Shown in pieces: positions 42,001 through 60,280 of a DNA stretch of 64,000 bases (the stretch's first letter is position 1; the number at the start of each line of letters is the position of its first letter). The notes beneath the pieces were generated by a model that worked only from the letters and a program-made list of their open reading frames with translations, was not told the origin of the DNA and made no database searches. The DNA comes from Eledone cirrhosa (taxonomy: Eukaryota): positions 434,001-498,000 of the forward strand of contig OZ024742.1 of NCBI GenBank assembly GCA_964016885.1. The letters run 5' to 3'. A program made the translations under genes and the position numbers.

Positions 42001-45000
42001 CACCACACACACTAATATTGACAGACACACACACACCACACACTAATATTGACAGACACACACACCACACACACTAATATTGACAGACACACACACCACA
42101 CACACTAATATTGACAGACACACACCACACACACTAATATTGACAGCCACACACCACACACTAATATTGACAGACACACACACCACACACACACTAATAT
42201 TGACAGCCACACACACCACACACACACTAATATTGACAGACAGACACACCACACACACACTAATATTGACAGACACACACACCACACACACACTAATATT
42301 GACAGCCACACACACACCACACACACTAATATTGACAGACACACACACCACACACACACTAATATTGACAGCCACACACACCACACACACTAATATTGAC
42401 AGCCACACACCACACACACTAATATTGACAGCCACACACACCACACACACACACTAATATTGACAGACACACACCACACACACACACTAATATTGACAGA
42501 CACACACACCACACACACACTAATATTGACAGACACACACACCACACACACTAATATTGACAGACACACCACACACACACACTAATATTGACAGACACAC
42601 ACCACACACACACACTAATATTGACAGACACACACACCACACACACACTAATATTGACAGACACACACACCACACACACTAATATTGACAGACACACACA
42701 CCACACACTAATATTGACAGACACACACAGCACACACACTAATATTGACAGACACACACACCACACGCACACTAATATTGACAGACACACACCACACACA
42801 CTAATATTGACAGACACACACACCACACACACTAATATTGACAGCCACACACACCACACACACTAATATTTACAGACAGACACACACCACACACACTAAT
42901 ATTGACAGCCACACACACCACACACTAATATTGACAGACACACACACCACACACTAATATTTACAGACACACACACCACACACACACTAATATTGACAGC
43001 CACACACACCACACACACTAATATTGACAGCCACACACACCACACACACTAATATTTACAGACACACACACCACACACACTAATATTGACAGCCACACAC
43101 ACCACACACTAATATTGACAGACACACACACCACACACACTAATATTGACAGACACACACCACACACACACTAATATTGACAGCCACACACACCACACAC
43201 ACTAATATTGACAGCCACACACACCACACACACTAATATTGACAGCCACACACACCACACACACACTAATATTGACAGACAGACACACCTCACACACACT
43301 AATATTGACAGACACACACACTAATATTGACAGCCACACACACTAATATTGACAGACACACACACCACACACACACTAATATTTACAGACACACACACCA
43401 CACACACACTAATATTGACAGACACACACACCACACACACTAATATTGACAGCCACACACACCACACACATTAATATTGACAGCCACACACCACACACAC
43501 ACACACTAATATGGACAGCCAGAGACACCACACACACACACACTAATATTGACAGCCACACACACCACACACTAAAATTGACAGCCACACACACCACACA
43601 CACACTAATATTGACAGACACACACACCACACACACTAATATTGACAGCCACACACACCACACACACTAATATTGACAGACACACACCACACACACTAAT
43701 ATTGACAGACACACACTAATATTGACAGCCACACACACCACACACACTAATATTGACAGACACACACACCACACACACACACACATCACACACTAATATT
43801 GACAGACACACACACACTAATATTGACAGACACACCACACACACACTAATATTGACAGCCACACACCACACACACCACACACACTAATATTGACAGACAC
43901 CACACACACTAATATTGACAGACACACACACCACACACACACTAATATTGACAGACACACACACCACACACACTAATATTGACAGACACACACACCACAC
44001 ACACTAATATTGACAGACACACACCACACACACACTAATATTGAGACACACACCACACACACTAATATTGACAGACACACACACCACACACACTAATATT
44101 GACAGACACACACACCACACACACACTAATATTGACAGACACACACACCACACACACACTAATATTGACAGACACACACACCACACACACACTAATATTG
44201 ACAGACACACACACCACACACACTAATATTGACAGACACACACACCACACACACTAATATTGACAGCCACACACACCACACACACTAATATTGACAGCCA
44301 CACACACCACACACACACTAATATTGACAGCCACACACACTAATATTGACAAACACACACACCACACACACTAATATTGACAGACACACACACACCACAC
44401 ACACACTAATATTGACAGACACACACCACACACACACTAATATTGACAGACACACACCACACACACACACTAATATTGACAGACACACACCACACACACA
44501 CACTAATATTGACAGACACACACACCACACACACTAATATTGACAGACACACACCACACACTAATATTGACAGACACACACACACCACACACACTATTAT
44601 TGACAGCCACACACACCACACACACTAATATTGACATACACACACACCACACACACACTAATATTGACAGAAACACACCACACACACTAATATTGACAGA
44701 CACACACACCACACACACTAATATTGACAGACACACACACCACACACACACTAATTGACAGACACACACACCACACACACACTAATATTGACAGACACAC
44801 ACACCACACACACTAATATTGACAGACACACACACCACACACACTAATATTGACAGACACACACACCACACACACTAATATTGACAGCCACACACACCAC
44901 ACACACACTAATATTGACAGCCACACACACCAGACACACACTAATATTGACAGACACACACACCACACACACTAATATTGACAGACACACACACCACACA

Positions 45001-48000
45001 CACTAATATTGACAGACACACACACCACACAGACACTAATATGGACAGACACACACCACACACACTAATATTGACAGACACACACACCACACACACACTA
45101 ATATTGACAGCCACACACACCACACACACTAATATTGACAGACACACGCACCACACACACTAATATTGACAGACACACACACCACACACACTAATATTGA
45201 CAGCCACACACACCACACACACACTAATATTGACAGCCACACACACCACACACACTAATATTGACAGCCACACACACCACACACTAATATTGACAGACAC
45301 ACACACCACACACACTAATATTGACAGACACACACACCACACACACACTAATATTGACAGCCACACACACCACACACACTAATATTGACAGCCACACACA
45401 CCACACACACACTAATATTGACAGACAGAGACACCACACACACACTAATATTGACAGACACACACACCACACACACACTAATATTGACAGCCACACACAC
45501 CACACACACTAATATTAACAGACACACACACCACACACACACTAATATTGACAGCCACACACACCACACACAATATTGACAGCCACACACCACACACACT
45601 AATATTGATAGCCACACACACCCCACACGCACACTAATATTGACAGACACACACCACACACACACACTAATATTGACACACACACCACACACACACTAAT
45701 ATTGACAGACACACACCACACACTAATATTGACAGACACACACACCACACACACACTAATATTGACAGACACACACCACACACTAATATTGACAGACACA
45801 CACCACACACACACACTAATATTGAGACACACACCACACACACACACTAATATTGACAGACACACACACCACACACACACTAATATTGACAGACACACAC
45901 CACACACTAATATTGACAGACACACACACCACACACACTAATATTGACAGACACACACACCACACACACTAATATTGACAGACACACACACCACACACAC
46001 TAATATTGACAGACACACACACCACACACACTAATATTGACAGCCACACACACCACACACACACTAATATTGACAGCCACACACACCAGACACACACTAA
46101 TATTGACAGACACACACACCACACACACTAATATTGACAGACACACACACCACACACACTAATATTGACAGACACACACACCACACACACACTAATATGG
46201 ACAGACACACACACCACACACACTAATATTGACAGACACACACACCACACACACACTAATATTGACAGCCACACACCACACACTAATATTGACAGACACA
46301 CACACCACACACACTAATATTGACAGACACACACACCACACACACACTAATATTGACAGACACACACACCACACACACTAATATTGACAGACACACACCA
46401 CACACACTAATATTGACAGACACACACACCACACACACTAATATTGACAGACACACACACCACACACTAATATTGACAGACACACACACCACACACACTA
46501 ATATTGACAGACACACACACCACACACACACTAATATTGACAGACACACACACCACACACACTAATATTGACAGACACACACCACACACACTAATATTGA
46601 CAGACACACACACCACACACACTAATATTGACAGACACACACACCACACACTAATATTGACAGACACACACACAACACACACTAATATTGACAGCCACAC
46701 ACACTAATATTGACAGCCACACACACTAATATTGACAGACACACACACCACACACACACTAATATTTACAGACACACACACCACACACACACTAATATTG
46801 ACAGACACACACACCACACACACTAATATTGACAGCCACACACACCACACACATTAATATTGACAGCCACACACCACACACACACACACTAATATGGACA
46901 GCCAGAGACACCACACACACACACACTAATATTGACAGCCACACACACCACACACTAAAATTGACAGCCACACACACCACACACACACTAATATTGACAG
47001 ACACACACACCACACACACTAATATTGACAGCCACACACACCACACACACTAATATTGACAGACACACACCACACACACTAATATTGACAGACACACACT
47101 AATATTGACAGCCACACACACCACACACACTAATATTGACAGACACACACACCACACACCACACACACACACACATCACACACTAATATTGACAGACACA
47201 CACACACTAATATTGACAGACACACCACACACACACTAATATTGACAGCCACACACCACACACACCACACACACTAATATTGACAGACACCACACACACT
47301 AATATTGACAGACACACACACCACACACACACTAATATTGACAGACACACACACCACACACACTAATATTGACAGACACACACACCACACACACTAATAT
47401 TGACAGACACACACCACACACACACTAATATTGAGACACACACCACACACACTAATATTGACAGACACACACACCACACACACTAATATTGACAGACACA
47501 CACACCACACACACACTAATATTGACAGACACACACACCACACACACACTAATATTGACAGACACACACACCACACACACACTAATATTGACAGACACAC
47601 ACACCACACACACTAATATTGACAGACACACACACCACACACACTAATATTGACAGCCACACACACCACACACACTAATATTGACAGCCACACACACCAC
47701 ACACACACTAATATTGACAGCCACACACACTAATATTGACAGACACACACACCACACACACTAATATTGACAGACACACACACACCACACACACACTAAT
47801 ATTGACAGACACACACCACACACACACTAATATTGACAGACACACACCACACACACACACTAATATTGACAGACACACACCACACACACACACTAATATT
47901 GACAGACACACACACCACACACACTAATATTGACAGACACACACCACACACTAATATTGACAGACACACACACACCACACACACTATTATTGACAGCCAC

Positions 48001-51000
48001 ACACACCACACACACTAATATTGACATACACACACACCACACACACACTAATATTGACAGAAACACACCACACACACTAATATTGACAGACACACACACC
48101 ACACACACTAATATTGACAGACACACACACCACACACACACTAATTGACAGACACACACACCACACACACACTAATATTGACAGACACACACACCACACA
48201 CACTAATATTGACAGACACACACACCACACACACTAATATTGACAGACACACACACCACACACACTAATATTGACAGCCACACACACCACACACACACTA
48301 ATATTGACAGCCACACACACCAGACACACACTAATATTGACAGACACACACACCACACACACTAATATTGACAGACACACACACCACACACACTAATATT
48401 GACAGACACACACCACACAGACACTAATATGGACAGACACACACCACACACACTAATATTGACAGACACACACACCACACACACACTAATATTGACAGCC
48501 ACACACACCACACACACTAATATTGACAGACACACGCACCACACACACTAATATTGACAGACACACACACCACACACACTAATATTGACAGCCACACACA
48601 CCACACACACACTAATATTGACAGCCACACACACCACACACACTAATATTGACAGCCACACACACCACACACTAATATTGACAGACACACACACCACACA
48701 CACTAATATTGACAGACACACACACCACACACACACTAATATTGACAGCCACACACACCACACACACTAATATTGACAGCGACACACACCACACACACAC
48801 TAATATTGACAGACAGAGACACCACACACACACTAATATTGACAGACACACACACCACACACACACTAATATTGACAGCCACACACACCACACACACTAA
48901 TATTAACAGACACACACACCACACACACACTAATATTGACAGCCACACACACCACACACAATATTGACAGCCACACACCACACACACTAATATTGATAGC
49001 CACACACACCCCACACGCACACTAATATTGACAGACACACACCACACACACACACTAATATTGACACACACACCACACACACACTAATATTGACAGACAC
49101 ACACCACACACTAATATTGACAGACACACACACCACACACACACTAATATTGACAGACACACACCACACACTAATATTGACAGACACACACCACACACAC
49201 ACACTAATATTGAGACACACACCACACACACACACTAATATTGACAGACACACACACCACACACACACTAATATTGACAGACACACACCACACACTAATA
49301 TTGACAGACACACACACCACACACACTAATATTGACAGACACACACACCACACACACTAATATTGACAGACACACACACCACACACACTAATATTGACAG
49401 ACACACACACCACACACACTAATATTGACAGCCACACACACCACACACACACTAATATTGACAGCCACACACACCAGACACACACTAATATTGACAGACA
49501 CACACACCACACACACTAATATTGACAGACACACACACCACACACACTAATATTGACAGACACACACACCACACACACACTAATATGGACAGACACACAC
49601 ACCACACACACTAATATTGACAGACACACACACCACACACACACTAATATTGACAGCCACACACCACACACTAATATTGACAGACACACACACCACACAC
49701 ACTAATATTGACAGACACACACACCACACACACACTAATATTGACAGACACACACACCACACACACTAATATTGACAGACACACACCACACACACTAATA
49801 TTGACAGACACACACACCACACACACTAATATTGACAGACACACACACCACACACTAATATTGACAGACACACACACCACACACACTAATATTGACAGAC
49901 ACACACACCACACACACACTAATATTGACAGACACACACACCACACACACTAATATTGACAGACACACACCACACACACTAATATTGACAGACACACACA
50001 CCACACACACTAATATTGACAGACACACACACCACACACTAATATTGACAGACACACACACAACACACACTAATATTGACAGCCACACACACCACACACA
50101 CTAATATCTACAGACACACACACCACACACACTAATATCTACAGACACACACACCACACACACTAATATTGACAGCCACACACACCACACACTAATATTG
50201 ACAGACACACACACCACACACTAATATTTACAGACACACACACCACACACACACTAATATTGACAGCCACACACACCACACACACACTAATATTGACAGC
50301 CACACACACCACACACACTAATATTTACAGACACACACACCACACACACTAATATTGACAGACACACACACCACACACACTAATATTGACAGACACACAC
50401 ACCACACACACACTAATATTGACAGCCACACACACCACACACACACTAATATTGACAGACACACCACACACCCTAATATTGACAGCCACACACACTAATA
50501 TTGACAGACACACACACCACACACACACTAATATTTACAGACACACACACCACACACACACTAATATTGACAGCCACACACACCACACACACTAATATTT
50601 ACAGACACACACACCACACACACTAATATTGACAGCCACACACACCACACACTAATATTGACAGACACACACACCACACACACTAATATTGACAGACACA
50701 CACACCACACACACACTAATATTGACAGCCACACACACCACACACACACTAATATTGACAGACACACCACACACACACTAATATTGACAGACACACACAC
50801 CACACACACACTAATATTTACAGACACACACACCACACACACACTAATATTGACAGCCACACACACCACACACACTAATATTGACAGACACACACCACAC
50901 ACACACTAATATTTACAGACACACACACCACACACACACTAATATTGACAGCCACACACACCACACACACTAATATTGACATACACACACACACACACAC

Positions 51001-54000
51001 ACTAATATTGACAGCCACACACACCACACACACTAATATTGACAGCCACACACACCACACACACTAATATTGACAGCCACACACACCACACACACACACT
51101 AATATTGACAGACACACACCACACACACTAATATTGACAGCCACACACACCACACACACTAATATTGACAGCCACACACCACACACACTAATATTGACAT
51201 ACACACACACCACACACACTAATATTGACAGACACACACACCACACACCACACACACTAATATTGACAGACACACACACCACACACCACACACACTAATA
51301 TTGACAGACACACACACCACACACACACTAATATTGACAGACACACACCACACACACTAATATTGACAGACACACACACCACACACACACTAATATTGAC
51401 AGACACACACCACACACTAATATTGACAGACACACACACCACACACACACTAATATTGACAGACACACACACACCACACACACTAATATTGACAGACACA
51501 CACACCACACACACTAATATTGACAGCCACACACACCACACACACACTAATATTGACAGCCACACACACCAGACACACACTAATATTGACAGACACACCA
51601 GACACACACTAATATTGACAGACACACACACCACACACACACTAATATTGACAGACACACACCACACACACTAATATTGACAGACACACACACCACACAC
51701 ACACTAATATTGACAGACACACACCACACACTAATATTGACAGACACACACACCACACACACACTAATATTGACAGACACACACACACCACACAGACACT
51801 AATATGGACAGACACACACACCACACACACACTAATATTGACAGCCACACACACCACACACACTAATATTGACAGACACACACACCACACACACTAATAT
51901 TGACAGACACACACACCACACACACTAATATTGACAGACACACACACCACACGCACACTAATGTTGACAGACACACACCACACACACACTAATATCGACA
52001 GACACACACACCACACACACACTAATATTGACAGCCACACACACCACACACACTAATATTTACAGACACACACACCACACACACTAATATTGACAGCCAC
52101 ACACACCACACACTAATATTGACAGACACACACACCACACACTAATATTTACAGACACACACACCACACACACACACTAATATTGACAGCCACACACACC
52201 ACACACACACTAATATTGACAGCCACACACACCACACACACTAATATTGACAGCCACACACACCACACACTAATATTGACAGACACACACACCACACACA
52301 CACTAATATTGACAGACACACACACCACACACACACTAATATTGACAGCCACACACACCACACACACTAATATTGACAGCCACACACACCACACACACAC
52401 ACTAATATTGACAGACAGACACACCACACACACTAATATTGACAGACACACACACCACACACACACTAATATTGACAGCCACACACACCACACACACTAA
52501 TATTAACAGACACACACACCACACACACACTAATATTGACAGCCACACACACCACACACAATATTGACAGCCACACACCACACACACTAATATTGACAGC
52601 CACACACACCACACACACACACTAATATTGACAGACACACACCACACACACACACTAATATTGACAGACACACACACCACACACACACTAATATTGACAG
52701 ACACACACCACACACTAATATTGACAGACACACACACCACACACACACTAATATTGACAGACACACACCACACACACTAATATTGACAGACACACACCAC
52801 ACACACACACTAATATTGACAGACACACACCACACACACACACACACTAATATTGACAGACACACACACCACACACACACTAATATTGACAGACACACAC
52901 CACACACTAATATTGACAGACACACACACCACACACACTAATATTGACAGACACACACACCACACACTAATATTGACAGACACACACACCACACACACTA
53001 ATATTGACAGCCACACACACCACACACACACTAATATTGACAGCCACACACACCAGACACACACTAATATTGACAGACACACACACCACACACACTAATA
53101 TTGACAGACACACACACCACACACACTAATATTGACAGACACACCACACCACACACACACTAATATGGACAGACACACACACCACACACACTAATATTGA
53201 CAGACACACACACCACACACACACTAATATTGACAGCCACACACACCACACACACTAATATTGACAGACACACACACCACACACACTAATATTGACAGAC
53301 ACACACACCACACACACACTAATATTGACAGACACACACACCACACACACTAATATTGACAGACACACACCACACACACTAATATTGACAGACACACACA
53401 CCACACACACTAATATTGACAGACACACACACCACACACTAATATTGACAGACACACACACCACACACACTAATATTGACAGACACACACACCACACACA
53501 CACTAATATTGACAGACACACACACCACACACTAATATTGACAGACACACACACCACACACACTAATATTGACAGACACACACACCACACACTAATATTG
53601 ACAGACACACACACCACACACACTAATATTGACAGCCACACACACCACACACACTAATATTTACAGACACACACACCACACACACTAATATTGACAGCCA
53701 CACACACCACACACTAATATTGACAGACACACACACCACACACTAATATTTACAGACACACACACCACACACACACTAATATTGACAGCCACACACACCA
53801 CACACACACTAATATTGACAGCCACACACACCACACACACACTAATATTTACAGCCACACACACCACACACACTAATATTGACAGACACACACACCACAC
53901 ACACTAATATTGACAGCCACACACACCACACACTAATATTGACAGACACACACACCACACACACTAATATTGACAGACACACACACCACACACACACTAA

Positions 54001-57000
54001 TATTGACAGCCACACACACCACACACACACTAATATTGACAGACACACCACACACACCCTAATATTGACAGCCACACACACTAATATTGACAGACACACA
54101 CACCACACACACACTAATATTTACAGACACACACACCACACACACACTAATATTGACAGCCACACACACCACACACACTAATATTTACAGACACACACAC
54201 CACACACACTAATATTGACAGCCACACACACCACACACTAATAATGACAGACACACACACCACACACACTAATATTGACAGACACACACACCACACACAC
54301 ACTAATATTGACAGCCACACACACCACACACACACTAATATTGACAGACACACCACACACACACTAATATTGACAGCCACACACACTAATATTGACAGAC
54401 ACACACACCACACACACACTAATATTTACAGACACACACACCACACACACACTAATATTGACAGCCACACACACCACACACACTAATATTGACAGACACA
54501 CACACCACACACACACTAATATTTACAGACACACACACCACACACACACTAATATTGACAGCCACACACACCACACACACTAATATTGACATACACACAC
54601 ACACACACACACTAATATTGACAGCCACACACACCACACACACTAATATTGACAGCCACACACACCACACACACACACTAATATTGACAGACACACACCA
54701 CACACACTAATATTGACAGCCACACACACCACACACACCACACACACTAATATTTACAGACACACACCACACACACTAATATTGACAGCCACACACACCA
54801 CACACTAATATTGACAGACACACACACCACACACTAATATTTACAGACACACACACCACACACACACTAATATTGACAGCCACACACACTAATATTGACA
54901 GCCACACACACCACACACACTAATATTTACAGACACACACACCACACACACTAATATTGACAGCCACACACACCACACACTAATATTGACAGACACACAC
55001 CACACACACTAATATTGACAGACACACACACCACACACACACTAATATTGACAGCCACACACACCACACACTAATATTGACAGACAGACACACCACACAC
55101 ACACTAATATTGACAGCCACACACACTAATATTGACAGCCACACACACTAATATTGACAGACACACACACCACACACACACTAATATTGACAGCCACACA
55201 CACCACACACACACTAATATTGACAGCCACACACACCACACACACACTAATATTGACAGACACACACCACACACACTAATATTGACAGCCACACACACCA
55301 CACACACTAATATTGACAGCCACACACCACACACACTAATATTGACAGACACACACACCACACACACTAATATTGACAGACACACACACCACACACACTA
55401 ATATTGACAGCCACACACACCACACACACTAATATTGACAGCCACACACCACACACAGTAATATGGACAGCCACAGACACCACACACACACACACACTAA
55501 TATTGACAGCCACACACACCACACACACTAAAATTGACAGCCACACACACCACACACACTAAAATTGACAGACACACACAGCACACACACTAATATTGAC
55601 AGCCACACACCACACACACTAATATTGACAGCCACACACCACACACACTAATATTGACAGCCACACACACCACACACACTAATATTGACAGCCACACACA
55701 CCACACACACTAATATTGACAGACACACACCACACACACTAATATTGACAGACACACACTAATATTGACAGCCACACACACCACACACACACACACGCCA
55801 CACACACTAATATTGACAGACACACACACCACACACACACTAATATTGACAGACACACCACACACACTAATATTGACAGACACACACCACACACACTAAT
55901 ATTGCCAGACACACACACCACACACACACTAATATTGACAGACACACACACCACACACACACTAATATTGACAGACACACACACCACACACACACTAATA
56001 TTGACAGACACACACCACACACACTAATATTGACAGACACACACACCACACACACTAATATTGACAGACACACACCACACACAAACACACTAATATTGAC
56101 AGACACACACACCACACACACTAATATTGACAGACACACACCACACACACTAATATTGACAGACACACACACCACACACACACTAATATTAACAGACACA
56201 CACACCACACACACTAATATTGACAGACACACACACCACACACACACTAATATTGACAGACACACACCACACACACTAATATTGACACACACCACACACA
56301 CTAATATTGACAGACACACACACTAATATTGACAGACACACACACCACACACACTAATATTGACAGACACACACACCACACACACTAATATTGACAGACA
56401 CACACACCACACACACTAATATTGACAGACACACACCACACACACACACTAATATTGACAGACACACACACCACACACACACTAATATTGACAGACACAC
56501 ACACCACACACACACACTAATATTGACAGACACACACACCACACACACACACTAATATTGACAGACACACACACCACACACACACACTAATATTGACAGA
56601 CACACACACCACACACACACACTAATATTGACAGACACACACACCACACACACTAATATTTACAGACACACACACCACACACACTAATATTTACAGACAC
56701 ACACCACACACACTAATATTGACAGACACACACACCACACACACTAATATTGACAGACACACACACCACACACACACTAATATTGACAGACACACACACC
56801 ACACACACTAATATTGACAGACACACACACCACACACACACTAATATTGACAGACACACACACCACACACACTAATATTGACAGACACACACACCACACA
56901 CACACTAATATTGACAGACACACACACCACACACCACACACACACTAATATTGACAGACACACACACCACACACACTAATATTTACAGACACACACCACA

Positions 57001-57280
57001 CACTAATATTGACAGCCACACACACCACACACACTAATATTGACAGCCACACAAACCATCCACACTAATATTGACAGCTACACACACACACACACACACA
57101 CACTAATATTCACAGCCACACACCACACACACACACACACCATCCACACACTAATATTCACAGCCACACACACACGCACACACACACACTAATATTCACA
57201 GCCACACACACTTATATTCACACACACACACACACACTTATATTCACAGCCACACACTTATATTCACAGCCACACACACA
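30039..57280. repeat. ~27-kb satellite of a ~31-bp unit TAATATTGACAG(A/C)(CA)nC(CA)mC, roughly 850-900 copies
   Basis: Constant core TAATATTGACAG with variable CA tracts (unit mostly 21-39 bp). Degenerates to TAATATTCACAGCC at the right edge. Copy number estimated from length/unit. Confidence 0.98.
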
Positions 57281-58061
57281 CATGCATACACACACCACCC
57301 ACACACACAACCATCTATTGTTTGTTGTTGAGTGTTCTTTCATATTTTTATTTATTACGTGACTAATTAGGCCAATTAAAACTACACCATGCTAATTAGA
57401 GTAAAAGGTTAGTTATACTGATTCTACTTGGAATTATTTGCTTTTCTCCTTGTACCAGTCCACCTAGGAGTACAGGTGGGGCTCAATAAACAACCACTAC
57501 AATAGATGAAACAACAGCAATTTCCATAGTCAAGCAAAATTAATTTACATCATTTTCATCTCAATATAGAATAGACATGTCCAATATACAGAAGGGGGGG
57601 GGCAAATAAAGTGCAAAATATTATTAAACTGGATTTATTTTTTTATTTTGCTTCGTTTTTTTTTTTTATTGAGCCAGAAAAAAAAAAAATGGAGATTTTT
57701 CCCAAAAAAATAATTGTCAAGTTCTCCATTCCTACATTCCATCTCAGTCCAAAATACCAGAACAGATATATTATTGTGTTTGGTATGTGAATGTGGGAAT
57801 GTATGTGAATATATATATATGTGTGTGTGTGTGTTTGCGTGTGCATGTGTGTTTGCGTGCGCGTGCGTGTGCGCGTGTGCGTATGTGCGTGCGTGGGGGT
57901 GTGCACGTGCTAGTGTGCGTATGTGCGTGTGTGTGTGTGTGCACGTTAAGGATGTGGAGAATCAACTGTAAGCTCACTGTTGAATCTCCACCTCATTATA
58001 CCCACACTGCATCCACACATGTATTGAGTACTTGCATTTGTGATCTTCCCAGTCTTCGCAT

Positions 58062-58548
58062 TCATCATCATCATCATCGTTTAACGTCCATCTTCCACGC
58101 TGGCATGGGTTAGACGGGAGTTGTCCCACTTGAGGCAAGGTTGGTCGGGTGACCGTGTCTCGCTTGTATAAGACTATCTGGCAGGTTTTCTACGGCTGGA
58201 TGCCCTTCCTAACACCAACCACATTTACAGTGTGGACTGGGAACTTTTTACCGTGTTACTTACACGGCCACATTACAGCGTGGACTGTGTGTTTTTGTGG
58301 TGACACCTTTGCTGGCCTTGTGCCAAAAGTAGAAACAATTATCTCATTTATTTGGACTGAATGTTGTGGTACCAACTTTACAGAGAGAGGGTTGTGTTGG
58401 TGGGAGTGGGAGGATAGGGTAGGGGTAGTAGATTGGGGTGTATATTTGGTTAAGAGGTGCCGACTGACTGTAGGTTTCGCTTTGTACATAGGCAAGGCGG
58501 GTCTTCTGTATTATTGTGTAGCGCCAAAGATCTCGGTCCAGTGACATT
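58062..58548 (-). mobile_element. RTE-LINE 3' end (last codons, 3' UTR, tail)
   Basis: Minus strand encodes MSLDRDLWRYTIIQKTRL, matching the RT C-terminus. The UTR matches 19767-20155. Confidence 0.9.
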
Positions 58549-58886
58549 ATATATATATATATATATTTGAAAAGGGAAGTAAGGTTCTATACAGAACAGT
58601 GGTTATAGAGAAGAGGTGAAGTTGGAAATAGCACGGAAAATATATTTAAGGGTCCGTTTCTCTTTTTTTTTTCTTTCTTTGATTCGTCAAAGTGACATTA
58701 TTGAATAAATGAGAGGGGCAATTCTTTTTCCAGTCTCCTTCTCAATAAGGAAGATGAAAAAACTTACCTCAACACTTAATTTTAAATCTTTAATTTTTAG
58801 CTTTTAATCCTTATTAATTCTTTTTAATTGTAATACTCAACATTTGATAAGATGAATTTTACTAATACATCGAAACCGGTAATACT

Positions 58887-59640
58887 TTATATACTATATA
58901 TCTATAAAGTTGTAGTTCCTGTTTGTTTGTTTGTTGACAAACTTCTATGGTTTTGGAGATAGACCCCATAACCATATATATTCTGAAACTACATTGCCCA
59001 GGGTACTTGGATAAGTTTATTTCATTTTAATCAAAGGGTTCCCCGAGGGCACAAACCCCTGCTGAAAATGTTTCCCCTCTGATTTATATAAAATTTAAAC
59101 CATAGATAAATGACAAGATATGATGCCTATTCACAAAATTTCAGCAAATTTCAATAATAAGGCATCCTAATGGGGGCTAAACCCCCTATAGTGAAAATGT
59201 TGACCAATAAATGGAACAAGATGTGTTGTAACAAGATTGCATGAGAACTTGATTGAAGCAACCATTATATTCGGGGCTTACAAAGGTCAAGCTCTTCTCA
59301 TTCCGAGGATTCCACTTATACCAACTGATAGCAAGTTGCCTTTTACATTTAAGAGGCTGCAGTTCCCAGTGAGGCCATGCTTTGCCATGAGCATCAATAA
59401 GAGTCAAGGTCAAACTTTCAAAACTATTGGTATAGATCTGACAAACCCATGTTTCAGTCATGGCATGTTTTATGTGGCTGTTTCAAGGACTGGAATTTCA
59501 AAAAATCTCTACATTTTAGCCAATCAAAGAAAAACAAGAAATGTTGTTTACCCTAAAGTTCTTCATTAGGACAAAGTATGAAATATATTTTCATGTATTT
59601 ATTATGTTAAAAAATAAATAATTAAACTTTCTAATTTGAA
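58887..59640 (+). mobile_element. Internally deleted Helitron (5'-end-like region plus helicase C-terminus; boundaries approximate)
   Basis: TATATACTATATATCTATAAAG followed by (GTTT)n resembles Helitron 5' ends and lies ~320 bp upstream of the helicase fragment. No clear 3' hairpin/CTAG found. Confidence 0.55.
59204..59569 (+). pseudogene. Helitron RepHel PIF1-like (SF1B) helicase, C-terminal fragment
   Basis: NGTR...NLIEA...LIPRIPLIPTD..LPFTFKRLQFPVRPCFAMSINKSQGQT...PCFSHGMFYVAVSR...TRNVVYPKVL: PIF1 motifs V/VI and a typical Helitron C-terminus. In-frame stop at 59201-59203. Confidence 0.92.
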
Positions 59641-60137
59641 AATAATGCTTCACACAAAAATGAAATGATCAAGTTTTGAATTGATATTTCGAAAAAAATT
59701 ATTTACAAGAAACAAAATAAGAATAAGATTTAATAATGTAATTTTGATTTGATATATTCCAAAAAATAATATAAGTATGTACACGTACATACATATATGT
59801 ATACAGACGTACCGTAGTATGTATATATATATACATACATGCACACATATATATATGTACGTATGGACTCACCGAACATTTATTATAATGGTCGGTGTGT
59901 TTGTAAACAAACATCCCGTATTAAGCCGTAGTGTCTAACAACCATCGTTACTCGTTTGTTCAACACTGACAAAGGAACGCTGCACTAGTTTCAAGCTTAT
60001 TAGCTATCGTCACCAACGTATACCTTCCTGCCAGATTGTTGAACGTATATACTTACCTTATGCATATTAACGGCTGAGTAGCCCAATTTGCATATCGAGT
60101 GGGTTAATCGGCCGGGTGCATCGAAAACAGGTGCACC

Positions 60138-60280
60138 GAAAACCTCTGCATTTCATTATTACTGAATGTAAAATGTAATGCATGAAAAATTGGAAAACAT
60201 TTTTTTCCCCAAAAATAATGTTTTCCAATTTTTCATGCATTACATTTTACATTCAGTAATATTGAAATGCAGAGGTTTTC
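60138..60280. repeat. Near-perfect palindrome, ~64-bp arms, ~15-nt loop
   Basis: GAAAACCTCTGCATTTC...TTGGAAAACATT and its reverse complement, 1 mismatch. Confidence 0.95.

Noticed and set aside
30039-57280. Hundreds of short Cys/Val- or Thr/His-rich ORFs; constant-core plus variable-spacer layout
   Set aside because: These are translations of the CA-rich satellite on both strands. The 'spacers' are only CA-count variants.
59237-59569. Host PIF1 helicase gene
   Set aside because: Only the C-terminal motifs are present, with an upstream in-frame stop. Sequence style and neighbouring 5'-end motif are Helitron-like.
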